A program made the position numbers and the translations under genes. A DNA stretch of 63,016 bases, filler included, from Phoronis australis (lineage: Eukaryota; Animalia; Phoronida): assembly GCA_002633005.1 (NCBI GenBank). It is 9 parts of 9 records of this genome, joined end to end, with 100 filler letters (N's around TTAATTAATTAA, not from the genome) between each part and the next. Parts side by side here need not be neighbours in the genome. Positions count along the whole stretch, not along the records: positions 1 to 3,216 come from NMRA01002017.1; positions 3,317 to 28,581 come from NMRA01000097.1; 7 more parts are not named here. One strand, 5' to 3'. Positions 1 through 12,540 of the stretch are shown here, in pieces. The first letter of the stretch is position 1; each line of letters begins with the position of its first letter. The notes under the pieces are model-generated. The model saw nothing but the letters and a program-made list of their open reading frames with translations, did no database searches and was not told the DNA's origin.

Positions 1-1169
1 AATGTAAGGAAGAGGTTGGTGTGTGGCGGTCAAACATACTGTAAATGTAAAGATTTAAACTGGAGACACGTGATTGCAGTTTGTGTAGAATCCAGTCGCT
101 AATCCTAAACAGAAATAGCAGACGAAGTAACGGGCTTGAAAAATACCGTCGGATAAAAACAGTCGAATAGAGAAAGCAAAACCTGACGCAAGTACATAAA
201 CATACATATAATTAAACCAATGCAAATATTTACTGCAAGCTGTGTAAAAACAAGGAAATATGTTACGAAAAATATAGCGTCCGGCGGCGTATTGTTCAGC
301 GGTTTAACTTGTCTAGTACAACTGGGAAAGTTCCCGCGTAATTATCAGTTGGAATTTATGAATCATAGGCAGTATAAAGCTTTTCACATGGACATCAGTT
401 AGCAATACAACACCGGCTGTTTCAATGTATGAGTCTCCAGTAAATGCCAAGTTTACAAATGTGAGGTAAACTGTGTAACAAAGCCTCGTTTTATCACGCA
501 TTGACAGACAGTGCTAGTCAGCAAAGTGGTGAAGGCAGCATCTACAGCCAATGGAACGCGTAATTTAATTGTGGACGACATGGTGTCAAGATCTACCAAT
601 AAACGCGTCTANAAAATGGTCGACTCCACAGAGAACTTTATGAGTCTTGCCGCCAATGCACTGATTTCAAAGTATTCTGATATGCACTATATTTAGACCC
701 TTCGGCAAAATGGCGAGTTGCGGCAATTGCACCCCTAGACTCTTGGCAAAAATTTTTAAAAATCGGTCAAAACAAAAAATTCGGGCATCGGAACGTCCAA
801 TGGAAAACACGGGTAATACAATGGAGATGAAATGGGTGACGAGTGGAAGTAATCGTCGGGAGAGGTGAAATTGGTCAGTGGCGACCACGGGTGAATTAAG
901 TTATCACTTAAGTTCGGGTAAAGCTATCGTCTGTACATGTATGTTACCCTGAACAATCATGTTAGGGGTACAACATTTATACAACTTAACCGTTAATCCG
1001 GCATCGGGGGCTCCTCTGGCTCTGGCCAGGGGTCTGAATTCGTTAGCCTATTGCCGAAAGCCGACCTTAAAGAGCGCACCCAAATTTTAGCAGCAGAGTG
1101 ATCGGCAGAACGCCAGTTTTTTCAACACCAGTCAATAATTTATTTACTCAAGGAAGAGTGTAATTTTCA

Positions 1170-1419
1170 ATGACACTAATTTTGTGACAGATTTTATTTG
1201 ATCAGCTTTTACCCACGCCTGTGCAACGACCGCTGTATATTTACTATACAGCTTGCACCAAGGCAAAGAAAGCTACGCAGTCGGGGCTCTTTCCTGGNAT
1301 GACACTAATTTTGTGCCAGATTTTATTTGATCAGTTTTAATCCACGCCGGTGCAACGGCCGCTGTATATTTACTATACAGCTTGCACCAAGGCAAAGCTA
1401 CGCAGTCGGGGCCCTCTGG
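1170..1419. repeat. ~125-bp near-identical direct duplication split by a single N (1298); probable haplotype-overlap artefact
   Basis: atgacactaattttgtg...ctacgcagtcgggg occurs at 1170-1297 and 1299-1419 with a few SNPs and an indel. Confidence 0.8.
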
Positions 1420-2299
1420 CCCGTGCCGAGAACGGCATCGTTCCACTAATATTCAACACTACACGGCAGTAAACTTGTATTATGAACTTTTGAGAGCCGA
1501 GATCGCAGACGAATTATACACATTAAACACAGTTCTGTAGCCAAGAGGCAGTCACCCAATGAGGTATATACAAGCTTGATTTATCTTATTGCCTTCACCC
1601 ACGGTACAGCCTCAGTGACATCAGACGCGCATTAGCCAATAGGAATTAACATTGGAAAAACACTTTTTTACAAAAATGTGAAAGAGTAACAAAGATGTGA
1701 TTTCTGATATAGACTTTATTCATCAATTAAATTACATTAAAAATGCATGTTATTGTACTTCAGGAACCTTTTAAAGGGAGATGTATTGCAAAGCGCCGTT
1801 TTCAATGTCAGATGAATATTATAATCATAGCGTTGATTTTCATAATTTGTCTCACTTGTCTCTGAGCTGGGGTCGAGTTATTACTGCAGTTGATGAACTG
1901 CTTTGAGATGTGGCTCATGTAGTGCAAGTCAATTATCACAGCCAGAGTATTTTTAGTTTATGTATTTAATCAGCTTAATGTTCACTTAGTATCCTTTGTG
2001 ACAGATGTGGATGTGTAGTAATACTCTAAGCAGTCTCACTGATGACACATCACTAATTGGTTGGTTAATTACCCTTCTGCAGATTATTGATCAGCTTTTG
2101 TGCTACCGTTGACAGAATTTTATTGACTTGCAGACTTGATCGGTTTATTGCTGATGACAATGATTAGTTGCAAACTGAATCTTATCCTTCACTGGAGCTC
2201 AAAGCTGAGATGACATGAATGATTTATGTATTTCTGTTGTATTCCGGAAATTGATATTATACAAGTGTGGACCCTTCCCAAGGGCATTTCTGGGTATTT

Positions 2300-2470
2300 A
2301 TGGTCCTTGGGAAAGCAATGCTCTGCTTTGGTCCATAAACCCGATATGGCAGAGGGATCGTCACTTTGTATTATTTTGTTTTGTTCTACGACAACCGATG
2401 TTTCTCTCCTCTAATTTCTTAGTTTCTTATTAGACTGGCATGTTTTTACCTACTTTGACTTACATACTTG
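2300..2470 (-). pseudogene. Possible degenerate Myb/SANT-like DNA-binding ORF of PIF/Harbinger type
   Basis: Minus-strand translation GKNMPV**ETKKLEERNIGCRRTKQNNTK*RSL resembles the Myb_DNA-bind_4 pattern (N..VY..I.KKL.E.G..RT..Q...K...L); multiple stops. Confidence 0.3.
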
Positions 2471-2810
2471 CATCCGTGCCATCCACACACAGACTTACCC
2501 TAGAACAAGTTACTCCTGGAACGAGTTGCCACAAGGTTTGGGGACTGTGTGGACCCTATTTTACCTAGCACAACTTAACCCTCTTGTGACAACTTTCTCC
2601 ACCTATTCGAGGTAGAGTAACTTGTTCAGGGTAACTTGCCCCTCTTCTAATTCCTATGTGGCCGCAAACATGGGGCAAGGCGAAACTAAATATCAGCTAC
2701 CGTTTTATACAGAGGGGTTGTCTTTTACGCACCATATCCACTTTAAGAGTTCATTGTCATGCACAGACTGACAACTGTTTTACCCTAGTTAACAGATATT
2801 TGTGTGGATG

Positions 2811-2943
2811 TACTAGTGGCAGTGTGCAGGGGGCGCTAGTGCAAGTTGTTCTAAGGTAGGCTGTGTGTGGACCATACTAGTGCCAGTGTGCAGGGGGCGC
2901 TGGTGCAAGTTGTTCTAAGGTAGGCTGTGTGTAGACCATACTA
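2811..2943. repeat. 64-bp tandem duplication
   Basis: tactagtg(g/c)cagtgtgcagggggcgct...ctaaggtaggctgtgtgt starts at 2811 and at 2875. Confidence 0.9.
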
Positions 2944-3216
2944 TTGTCTAGTCACTTTGATTACACAATCATGGGTTTAGAGCAGGCCTTTATCCAGGAT
3001 TTCGAAAATAGGGTGTCCAAAATGGGGTTCCCAATATTCCAGGGCGTCCATGATTCCGATGCATAACCCCCCACCCCCAGCAATCCCCCCAAACACAGAT
3101 TTTTTACCAAAAATTGGGTAGACCAAGGTTTTTGCAATGCTATCAACCAAGTGTGAGCATAGCAACATTGTATATACTTTGTATATACATTGTATATTTC
3201 TTCCTGCTTTGAAAAA

Positions 3217-3316
3217 NNNNNNNNNNNNNNNNNNNNNNNNNNNNNNNNNNNNNNNNNNNNTTAATTAATTAANNNNNNNNNNNNNNNNNNNNNNNNNNNN
3301 NNNNNNNNNNNNNNNN
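3217..3316. other. Artificial contig linker (N44-TTAATTAATTAA-N44)
   Basis: Exactly 100 bp; the palindromic 12-mer puts stop codons in all six frames; identical at 8 positions. Confidence 0.98.
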
Positions 3317-3392
3317 ACCTTATTGATCAGCACAACCTAGGGAATCTGAAGTCTCACATTTATGTTGTTCTGCAATGTTATGGAAGACTTAC

Positions 3393-3504
3393 CCACGCAG
3401 ACGCCCACGTTGTTAGTGCAGTCTGTCACACAAGCCTGGCTCCCGTCTGAGCACTCGGCGATCGTGCATTCGGTGTTCGAATCAGCCACGTTGTTGGCGT
3501 TGAA
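3393..3504 (-). CDS. Internal coding exon, Cys-rich extracellular (EGF-like) module
   Basis: ttttcag| acceptor and |gtaagt donor; 112 bp, phase 0 to phase 1; open frame FNANNVADSNTECTIAECSDGSQACVTDCTNNVGVCV; more GC-rich than its flanks. Confidence 0.7.
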
Positions 3505-5559
3505 CTGAAAAGAGCGATTGCATGGCTACATCTAAAATTATCATAAATGAGCAATCTCTGTTAACACTTGATCGCGTACCTGGTTTCTAGACAAAAGGGT
3601 CATCGGGTTCCGAGTACAAATTTGACCGTTGAAAAATAATTCATTTGCACAAATAAAGAACAAGTGTGGGCGGATACTGTCAATAATAGATGCGTTTGCA
3701 AAATGACTACGTCGTTGTATTGACCGGGAAACAGCCAATCTAAGGCATGCTGTTAACGTCACGAGTCAAAAGACTAAATGTAAAGAAAAAAAATCACGGT
3801 TTTTATAAAGAACTTGTTACAGTGTCCATAATTCAATGTTCAATTTTAATAATCGCCTTCAACCTTCGAAAAAGTGGTGTTACACGACCGATGCGAACTC
3901 ATGTAATGGACACACAGTAAAACTATGTTAATGGCGCCATTCGGAAAATTTACAATAACTAGAGGGCGCGCGTGTACTAGTGGTGATAGATTAACAGCCT
4001 CGATTTCGCGAGCCTTTTAAATACATGGTGAAATGGCTTGAAGCCGTGTCAACTGAATCTGAGATTGCGTGAAAAAGGTACTTTTTTGAGAGCAAATAAG
4101 CACGCCCTTATACAAAGGTAAGGTTTGTGCTTATATAAACGATTATTCCATGTTTATTCTACTGATGCCTGTTAACTGAGGTACTCGCCGATGTCGACTT
4201 CGCGGCAGTCGCCAACGTTCGGGTCAATCTTTGTTGTGATGTGTGTTGCGATACTTGACGTAGCACTCGGGATCTTTTCGTACATCAAAGCAGTATTATT
4301 GTTAATTCGATGTTGGTTTGTGAGTTACGATTACAACCGAAGCCCAATGCCATGTCAAAGGGTACGTGACAAATATCCATTAGACTTTGTGTTAACTCCC
4401 TATCCTATGTCTTCCGGAAATCTATTACACGTTGAAATGGAAATGTATCATGTCTGTTTTCACGTGACCTTTGGGCTATAGGTTTGAGGGCTTGTACCGT
4501 GCAGAAGAGATATGCATCGCTACCGTCCCTGAATGGACAAAAATTGGTTTTAAGCAGATGACTGCAGCTAACCAACAAGATCTTCCCATCCAGTGCAGAT
4601 CTGTTGTCAAAGCCTACTTTCAACATTGGAGACAATGAACAAAGCCTTTGAAACGGAAAAGCTATTTTTAAAGAAAGGTATGTAAGTTGTTTTGCAAAAT
4701 TTACTTATTTAGGTCCTAAATGGGGGATTGGCAAAGGGGATTGGGGTTGTAAAAGATGGTGCAACTGTTTGGAAATAACAGGTAATAGTGTCTGGGGGAA
4801 ATAGCATGGTGAGGTAATTCTTAACCTTCAGGAAATTCCTTCAAGTTTATTTCATAAAACTGTTTTGTTATCAATTGTAAACCCATAAAAATATATTACA
4901 TTTCCTGAATTCTCAGTGACTGCCATAGTCTTAACTCATTCTTTGAAAAGTTGCAAGTCATTTATAAATTCAAAAGACTGCCATTTTTGTGAAAATTGCA
5001 TTTTTGCTGGTGCCTTACAATTTGTAATTACTCTTAAACAACAGGAAGATTAACCATCATTATTTAAATGACCCATGTCTTCATATCTTCTATTAGAAGA
5101 AAAATAAAAAGTCTGAGAAACGGTTCCCTCAGCCTTAGACAAGAAGTATGCTTGACTGACCCATGAATCTGTAATTGGAGTTTAAATTGCTGAAAGTATC
5201 AAAAATAAAAAGGCTTGAAAATGAATAACAAAGGTTTGAAGATATCACAAATAACTTAGATATTTTGCAGACAAGTGACGCGTTTAAAGAATTGTTATGG
5301 CTACGAATGAACAATAATGACGCAGTTTTATACAGTACTTTTTATTTACACCCTTGCTTTCTGGAAATAGTAATTATTTAATTTTGTGTGAAATTGTAGA
5401 GCAGTCACCATATCAGATTTTTGAAAACCAGGGGTAGCATTTTTGACCCAACCTGGAGTACTTAATTATCCATATTAGTTGTTCCAGGTTCAGTGACATT
5501 TTAAGGCCACTTCAAGCCGCAACATAGATAAGCTTTGTTACTCCTTTCTCTTTCCACAG

Positions 5560-5973
5560 CATTTCCACGCACCAGCAGTGCTGCATGGAACAATGTACAA
5601 GTCAGTGGCTCTGGAGAAATGTGAATCGCAGTACGAAGTTACCATAAGACAACGTGCCAGTGGATTGTTTGTGTATGAAGAGGAACTATATCTGACTGCT
5701 ACACAAGTCAGCCTCGTTGGTGAGGACGCTCTTTCATAGGCAATAAGTCATGTGTGGACAATAGCTTATTTCCTTTCCTGGAAGAAACATGAGGGATTGA
5801 AGCTAAAGAAGACCTAGTGACACTCTGGTCTAGTTCAGGGTCAGATTTTGGGCACAAAACGAGTCAAGTGATATAATGTTGTGTTTACCTTCAAGGATCT
5901 AATTGTAGAGGTTATTGAGGAAAGCCACGTGCCAAAACTGGACCGTTTTTACAAGCGCTTCTATAGGCCATTG
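5560..5973 (+). pseudogene. YqaJ-like (lambda exonuclease family) pseudogene of DNA-transposon origin
   Basis: After a tttccacag| acceptor: HFHAPAVLHGTMYKSVALEKCESQYEVTIRQRASGLFVYEEELYLTATQVSLVGEDAL, then VQGQILGTKRVK*YNVVFTFKDLIVEVIE..PKLDRFYKRFYRP. These match the YqaJ motifs HG..YE..A, GLFV..PYLAASPDG, QVQGQ and PKL..FY. Stops and frameshifts present. Confidence 0.75.
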
Positions 5974-7789
5974 AAACCAGATCCCTTTGAAATGAAAACC
6001 AAAAGCATCTGGTATAAATACCTGTCCTTTATCACCCAATGACATTAACTTTTCCTTTCAGAAGAAAGGCTTTATAATAATGGTAATTTGGTACACATTA
6101 TTGGGAAATGACATTCAGTGACTGCATCGATTGTCTTATTGTCAGTAGAAAGCCCGTTAATGTTACGCTTTGATGATCAAATAAATTTTGCATCAACAGG
6201 CAATTTCGTCACTAATTATTGAAACCACAATATTTCCTCAGTTTTAAAGCCCCATACAGTACAGTTGTGCTTATTATATATAAAGCTGAAATGATTACCG
6301 ATTACGCTTGCGAATTGTCATTTTCCCGTTGACCTCTAAAAATGTGCAGCGATCAAAATGAAGTATTCCCTTTGTTTGCATTTGATTTGTTTGTGTGTGT
6401 AATTATTTTTAGAGCTTTCTTAAGAAGGCCTTTGAACAATTTTAAGTTTTGTGTTAACTTGTCCACAACAAAAGTTCCACATGCAAGAAAAGTATGCTTT
6501 TAATTGTAGCTAGCTGGATAAGAATCTGGTATGCATAAGATTCGAGAATAAACAATTATCAGTGTATTTAAAAAACAAAATGGCAAACTGAACAACCACA
6601 TACATACAAAGAAACAACATTGTTAAAAACAATTGTGATTTTCCCATGCAACGGAGTCCATAATCAGGCATATCAAGGCCTGCATTTCTGAATTAAGTTT
6701 AATTCTCTCAGGTTATTGCAGAAGGATTGCTTTTCACTTTGTCCAAAGGTAAAATAGACGGTCAGCCGGCTGGTTTCAGTTGATTTCTCTCACCTGTAAC
6801 AGAATAGTCAGAGAAATGCTAACGCATTATAGAAGAAAACATGAGGCAAAACTACTTTAGTAAGGCAGATTATACTTGACGTTTCATCGTCCTGTTTATA
6901 TGCAGAAACTTTTTACCCAAGTATTATTTAAGATATGAATTAAAATATATGAACCCGGCTAAACGTCATTTAGCAATGTGTATTTTTCACGAAACCTAAA
7001 ATGTGCTTCTGTTCTCACGTAAAATTCATTCTAGTTACAGAATAGCTTATTCATGTTAATTCGGCAACTAATCTGGTAGTCCTGGGGATACGGTCCGCTA
7101 TAAAATAAGGAAACTCACTCATCTAGAGAATTTTATTGGACATAGCATATCTTTGAAGAGAAACTGCTGTGAAAAAGTCACTCATGCTTTCTTCACGTAC
7201 TATACACCTCTTATATTGGGCGCATTCCCACCCAGGACAGTATGTGAATATGTGCTGCTAGCCTATCCGACATCCAAGTCCCGGGTGAGTTTCCGAAAAG
7301 AAAAACTTAGTTCCATTCAATAAACCCGTTATTCATTGGGATAACTGGAGGGGATAACATCAACGAACGATGTCGATAGAAACTTGATTGCTAAAAACTT
7401 ACCAAGTATCGTTATGTAGTCTCCCAATGGGGCTTCGGCATCCACACACTTTTTCTCGGTCGGTTGACTCTTTTGACCGCAATTCTCAACGAATGTAGTA
7501 ACCATAGGTGTTTTGGGAAATTGTGACCACCTGTCGAAGACTTGCACCAGGGAAAATATCAATAATAAGGCTTAGCGCGAACGACGTATTTTGATAACAA
7601 TCCATCTTTTCACCAGTTCTTTACATGCAGACAGCAACGCACGCACAATTCAATCACCACTAGTACAGCAGCGACACCGCGAAGAGAAATCTCCGAATAG
7701 CCCCATTGGTTTGACAATTTGTCGAGATGAATATGCATTGGAACGCAAAGCGGTATCTGCCTGACAACCTATTTCGCAACTGCTACTCC

Positions 7790-8000
7790 AGCCTAAAAAT
7801 AGCTGCCGACTAGTGAGTCGGCTGATGGCCGGTCGGCAGTTTAGGTCGGCAGTAGAGTCGGCTGGGGATCGCCTCACGATTCGGCACAGCGGTCGGCTTC
7901 CGGTCGGCTGAAAATTAGCCGACTGGTCGGTTAATTTGCCGACCGGTCGACGGCCGGTATTCGACTTCTAGCCGACCGGTCGGACAAAAATTCGCGATGT
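7790..8000. repeat. GC-rich cluster of GCCGAC/GTCGGC motifs in both orientations (MITE-like)
   Basis: Many ccgac/gtcgg units including the palindromic ccgaccggtcgg. Confidence 0.55.
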
Positions 8001-8859
8001 GTGTTGTATACAGTGTACCTTGCACTATTTGGCTACTCAGATACAGTAAATACTCTGCAGTTTTGCAAAAGGATGTGTTACAAACAACACAGGTCTGCGT
8101 CTATAACAAAATGTTACTCAGATCAGACCCCAACATGCAATATAAAAGAGTCTAGCATGTAACTAGAAAACACGTGAATTTTACATTTCAACAGACCTAC
8201 AGTAGGAATGAATTGTCAAATCGCCTATTTATGTGATTTTTAAAGAGTTGTATTGTTAGTTCGCTACCATACGGTTTAGCCTGAAGAAATGCTAGCAAAC
8301 GTCTTCTTGAGCGGCAACAAAGAAAGAATCCTGGCTACATAAACCATTGTTTTGCCATTTATGTTGCGGATTATGTGCTCGGAATATTATGCACCCAAAG
8401 AGCTACATTACCCTTGTTAGATAGATCTAATACATGTGCCACTGGCGCAAGTAAAGTTTAATGTACCCTTGTAAGCAATGCTTTATTTCCATGTCTTTGA
8501 ACATGAGCACCCAGGTAAGGGCCTTCATGCTTTCACACACTTGCAGGTAGGACATTATTTATAGAACAATAATCTTGCTACAACAGAGGTTGGTGATAGG
8601 TGAGAGCTTGTAACATGTAAAATGTAATTATGAAATCCAATGGCTTGGTTTTTTTTTCAAATATGTGAATCTGGCTTGTTTGAAACTGTGTGTAATTTAT
8701 CTGATGATTTTTCGGTATATGAACCTCACCCTCCTTGGGCCTGTGCAAAAAAATTGCATCTCTAAATTTCAACCCTTTTTGCAACAAGTATTATAATTAC
8801 TAACATTTTGCCCATTTTCCTTCTTTTCACGCGGCGTACCATAAGATTCAACGTCCACT

Positions 8860-9370
8860 TGTGGTGGCCACTTTTGATGAAAAAGGAAGGTCGTCATGTA
8901 ACTGGAAGAGATGGATTATTTTGAAATATCATCTTTACAGGTTTGTAATCTAAAATATTTTGCACAAGAGACACCAAATAAAAATATAGCCTAATGCATC
9001 ACAGTTTTACAAAAGGTACCTACACAACAACTTGTGGTCACAGCCCAATTCTATCATGCAAAAATTCATAAGGTGGTTGTTAATTTAATTTATTCCTTAT
9101 CGAATTTAAGAAGTATCACATAGTAAAGTAAAAAAATATTACCGTGCTGATCAAGTAATTCTGGATATTGATTCATTGATATCTTAACACAGTGTGATAA
9201 GAACTTCTTCACTTGATACATGATTTTTACAAAAGGAAAACGACAAGTAACTACTTTCTCAAAACTTTTATTGGTGATATTTGTCTGATTTTCTATACAT
9301 TCACCAGTTTTTTTCCATATAGCTAAAGCAATGCTAGCTCCAGTGCTCTACTGTAAACAGGAAAATTGTA
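8860..9370 (+). mobile_element. Dispersed repeat family copy (homologous to 62488-63016)
   Basis: Colinear ~500-bp similarity, e.g. gtggccacttttg, caggtttgtaatctaaaatatt, gcctaatgcatc, gcaaaaattcataaggt, gtgctgatcaagt, gtaactacttt. Confidence 0.9.
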
Positions 9371-10789
9371 CTGGTGGAGGGTGCGTACACTAGGCACAGC
9401 CAATCAACAGCTAATTTTGACAAAGTTGCAAATGTATGGGATAGACCCAGTTTTTTGCTACCACTACTTCTTTGTTTTAATATTTTTACTGTGCTCTAGC
9501 ATGATTATTACATTCACATAAAACAATACAGTATACCTCGTTTATAAAGAATAACATTAAATCTTTAGTCAACAAGTACAGTGTTTCCTTCAGGATGTAA
9601 TTTAATAAAGTTAATGGACAATTGGAAATTTAATTAAAAAACCTTAACAATTTTTTTTAACAAACCTTTGGCTAAATATGTAATTTTTGGTAACATGATC
9701 AACAGATTAATATTACAATTTTCCGACTGAATATTTCTCAAACAAACGAAAAACACGGCTTTCTTGTTCACATGAAAATTTACGTGATATGTTTGTTTTA
9801 ACCACTCAGCAAACCCGTTACAAAAATGAAGTTAAGTTTTCATCGAAAAACTTAAGTTTTTGGTCTGAAAAACTTAAGTTTTCATTTGCGATGTTTGGCT
9901 TCAAACCAGAAAATTTCGCAAATTGGTTTAATTAAATTCAAAGATGATCTAAGAGACAACTCAGAACCGTCCAATATTAAACAAGAGTCGTCAGAGTACT
10001 GGATCAATTTATACTCAGAAACACCTATCCTGATCCCAGTGATGCCACCATCCCGACGAATTAAATTACCCAAANTAAACAGGAAAATTGTACTGGTGGA
10101 GGGTGCGTACACTAGGCACAGCCAATCAACAGCTAGTTTTGACAAAGTTGCAAATGTATGGGATAGACCCAGTTTTTTGCTACCACTACTTCTTTGTTTT
10201 AATATTTTTACTGTGCTCTAGCATGATTATTACATTCACATAAAACAATACAGTTTATAAAGAATAACATTAAATCTTTAGTCAACAAGTACAGTGTTTC
10301 CTTCAGGATGCAATTTAATAAAGTTAATGAACAATTGGAAATTTTAATTAAAAAACCTTAACAATTTTTTTTTAACAAACCTTTGGCTAAATATGTAATT
10401 TTTGGTAACATGATCAACAGATTAATATTACAATTTTCCGACTGAATATTTCTCAAACAAACGAAAAACACGGCTTTCTTGTTCACATGAAAATTTACGT
10501 GATATGTTTGTTTTAACCACTCAGCAAACCCGTTACAAAAATGAAGTTAAGTTTTCATCGAAAAACTTAAGTTTTTGGTCTGAAAAACTTAAGTTTTCAT
10601 TTGCGATGTTTGGCTTCAAACCAGAAAATTTCGCAAATTGGTTTAATTAAATTCAAAGATGATCTAAGAGACAACTCAGAACCGTCCAATATTAAACAAG
10701 AGTCGTCAGAGTACTGGATCAATTTATACTCAGAAACACCTATCCTGATCCCAGTGATGCCACCATCCCGACGAATTAAATTACCCAAA
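9354..10789. repeat. ~720-bp near-identical tandem duplication split by a single N (10075); probable haplotype-overlap artefact
   Basis: 9354-10074 and 10076-10789 differ only by scattered SNPs and small indels (cagtatacctcgtttata vs cagtttata). Confidence 0.9.
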
Positions 10790-11470
10790 AATTCTACACA
10801 CAATACAAAAAGCAAGGAGAAATAGTGTCTCCTTGACGACAGCCTCTCCCTTTTCAAAAAATTCAGAGAAAAATCCATGTTGGAGAACACAAAGGCAAGA
10901 TTTCTTGTAGAGTGTTTTGACCGTGTCAATGAACCTTGGGCCAAAGTTAAAGTATGATAATGCGTTGATTATGAAATCCAGGAAACCGAGTCGCAAGCTT
11001 TTTCAAAATCGATCATTAACAGGAGTCCGGGAAAGAGTTTACAGCCTAAAATTAAATTACATCATGTAAAATTCTTATGTTTTCCCCAGTATATCTGTAT
11101 TTCATGAAACCTTGTTAGTTCTAGTGAATAAGGGGTCAGAGGACGCTTTTTAGGCGTCTTACAATACAACCAGACAATATTTTGTAGGTAATAATCAATA
11201 GTGAAATTGGACGCCATATTTTATGAATTATCTTGGTTTATTTTCTTTTTGGGTTATAGAGATAATACCCTGTTTTTGAGCTGTAGAAAATTCACGTTTA
11301 ATGATACCTTCTCCAAAAGATCGGAACAAAGAATATTTAAGGTCTGGCCAAAAATAGATAAAAGTTCTGCTGTGAAACCATCTGGGCCAGGACTTTTGTT
11401 GCTTTTTTCAATCATTCAGAGTTGCATGAATTCCCTGCAAAATGATAATTTTTTCAAGTTCGACTCAGTT
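10597..11470 (-). mobile_element. Degenerate non-LTR retrotransposon (L1/Tx1 clade) reverse transcriptase fragment
   Basis: Frameshifted motifs NKSPGPDGFTAE, LLLMIDFEKACDS, LSYFNFGPRFI, LIRRDGGITGIRIGVSEYKLIQYSDDSCLILDGS (YADD-type). Confidence 0.88.
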
Positions 11471-11694
11471 AGACTGGTTCAATTGAGGCATTGGGCACGA
11501 TGCCAAAAGTCCATTTAAAAGTTCATTGTTGGTTTGCTGCAAGTTGCCACCTGAAGTGTCATCTAGGTTTTAACTGGACAACTCCTGTGTGACATTCTAT
11601 TGCCAACATATTTGATAATGTCCATTGTTTTTTGACAGACTGGATGGATTTTGGAAATATCAGTGGGCAATACTTTATAGCACAGAGGTTGAAG

Positions 11695-12540
11695 GTAGGT
11701 ACACTAAACGGGTGCGTACACTACATTTCAATGACATCCCAGGTTTATAAAAATCTTGTAAACTACTGAGAGTTAGTTCATATACCAACTCTATTCAAAG
11801 AGAAAAAATAAAAAGTACATCATACGTATGCATGTCTGTCTGTCATTCTTTGAAATCAGACACATTTTAAAATATAGGGATACTTACACTACACAGAAGC
11901 TAATATTTCATTCAAAACAAATGTGTTGGCGATTAACACCCTTTTAACCTATCATTTTAACGGAGGAAACAGTACCGTCTGTGACAAATGTTACTTATTT
12001 ACCGTGTAAAAGTTTTCTTTCATGGTATTTGTAATATCGGGGTACGTACACTACGCAGGGATACGTACACTACATTTCAATTACATGTCAGGTTTGTAAC
12101 CAAATACTAATAATCTACCTAGGGTTGATTCTATAAATCAATTCAAAGAGGAAAAATAAACATGCATATCTGTCATACTTTGAAAATACACACAAATTAA
12201 ACAATAGCGGTATGTGCACTACACAAATGCTAGCATTTCACTCAAAACAAATATTTTGTAATAGACACCCCTTACACCAATGTAACCAAACATTATTAAG
12301 TAAGGAACCTGCCTGTGACCAATGTTGCTCACTTATCAAGTGATGTTTTAATTTCATGTTATTTGTAAATATGATGATACGCACACCACAAAAAGGGGTA
12401 CGTTTCTGAATCACGTGGTATCATAATGCTATTTATTTACCTTTGATAATAATAAGCACATTGCTATTATTTAAAAGGCAATAATTTCATTTGCAATCAC
12501 TATTTGTGTTATTGAATTTCACTAGGGGGTACGTACACTT
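11695..12540 (+). repeat. Array of GGGTRCGTACACTAC-like motifs (putative subterminal repeats of a DNA transposon)
   Basis: Variants near 11696, 11710, 12040, 12058, 12210, 12378 and 12527; also at ~9379 and ~62655; two ~340-bp internal units are partly colinear. Confidence 0.6.

Noticed and set aside
3261-3272. TTAATTAATTAA recurring as a possible biological repeat or CRISPR-like unit
   Set aside because: Always embedded in exactly 44+44 Ns; an artificial linker
5560-5973. Prophage recombination (Red-like) module
   Set aside because: Splice acceptor, many disabling mutations and no phage genes; fits a eukaryotic transposon
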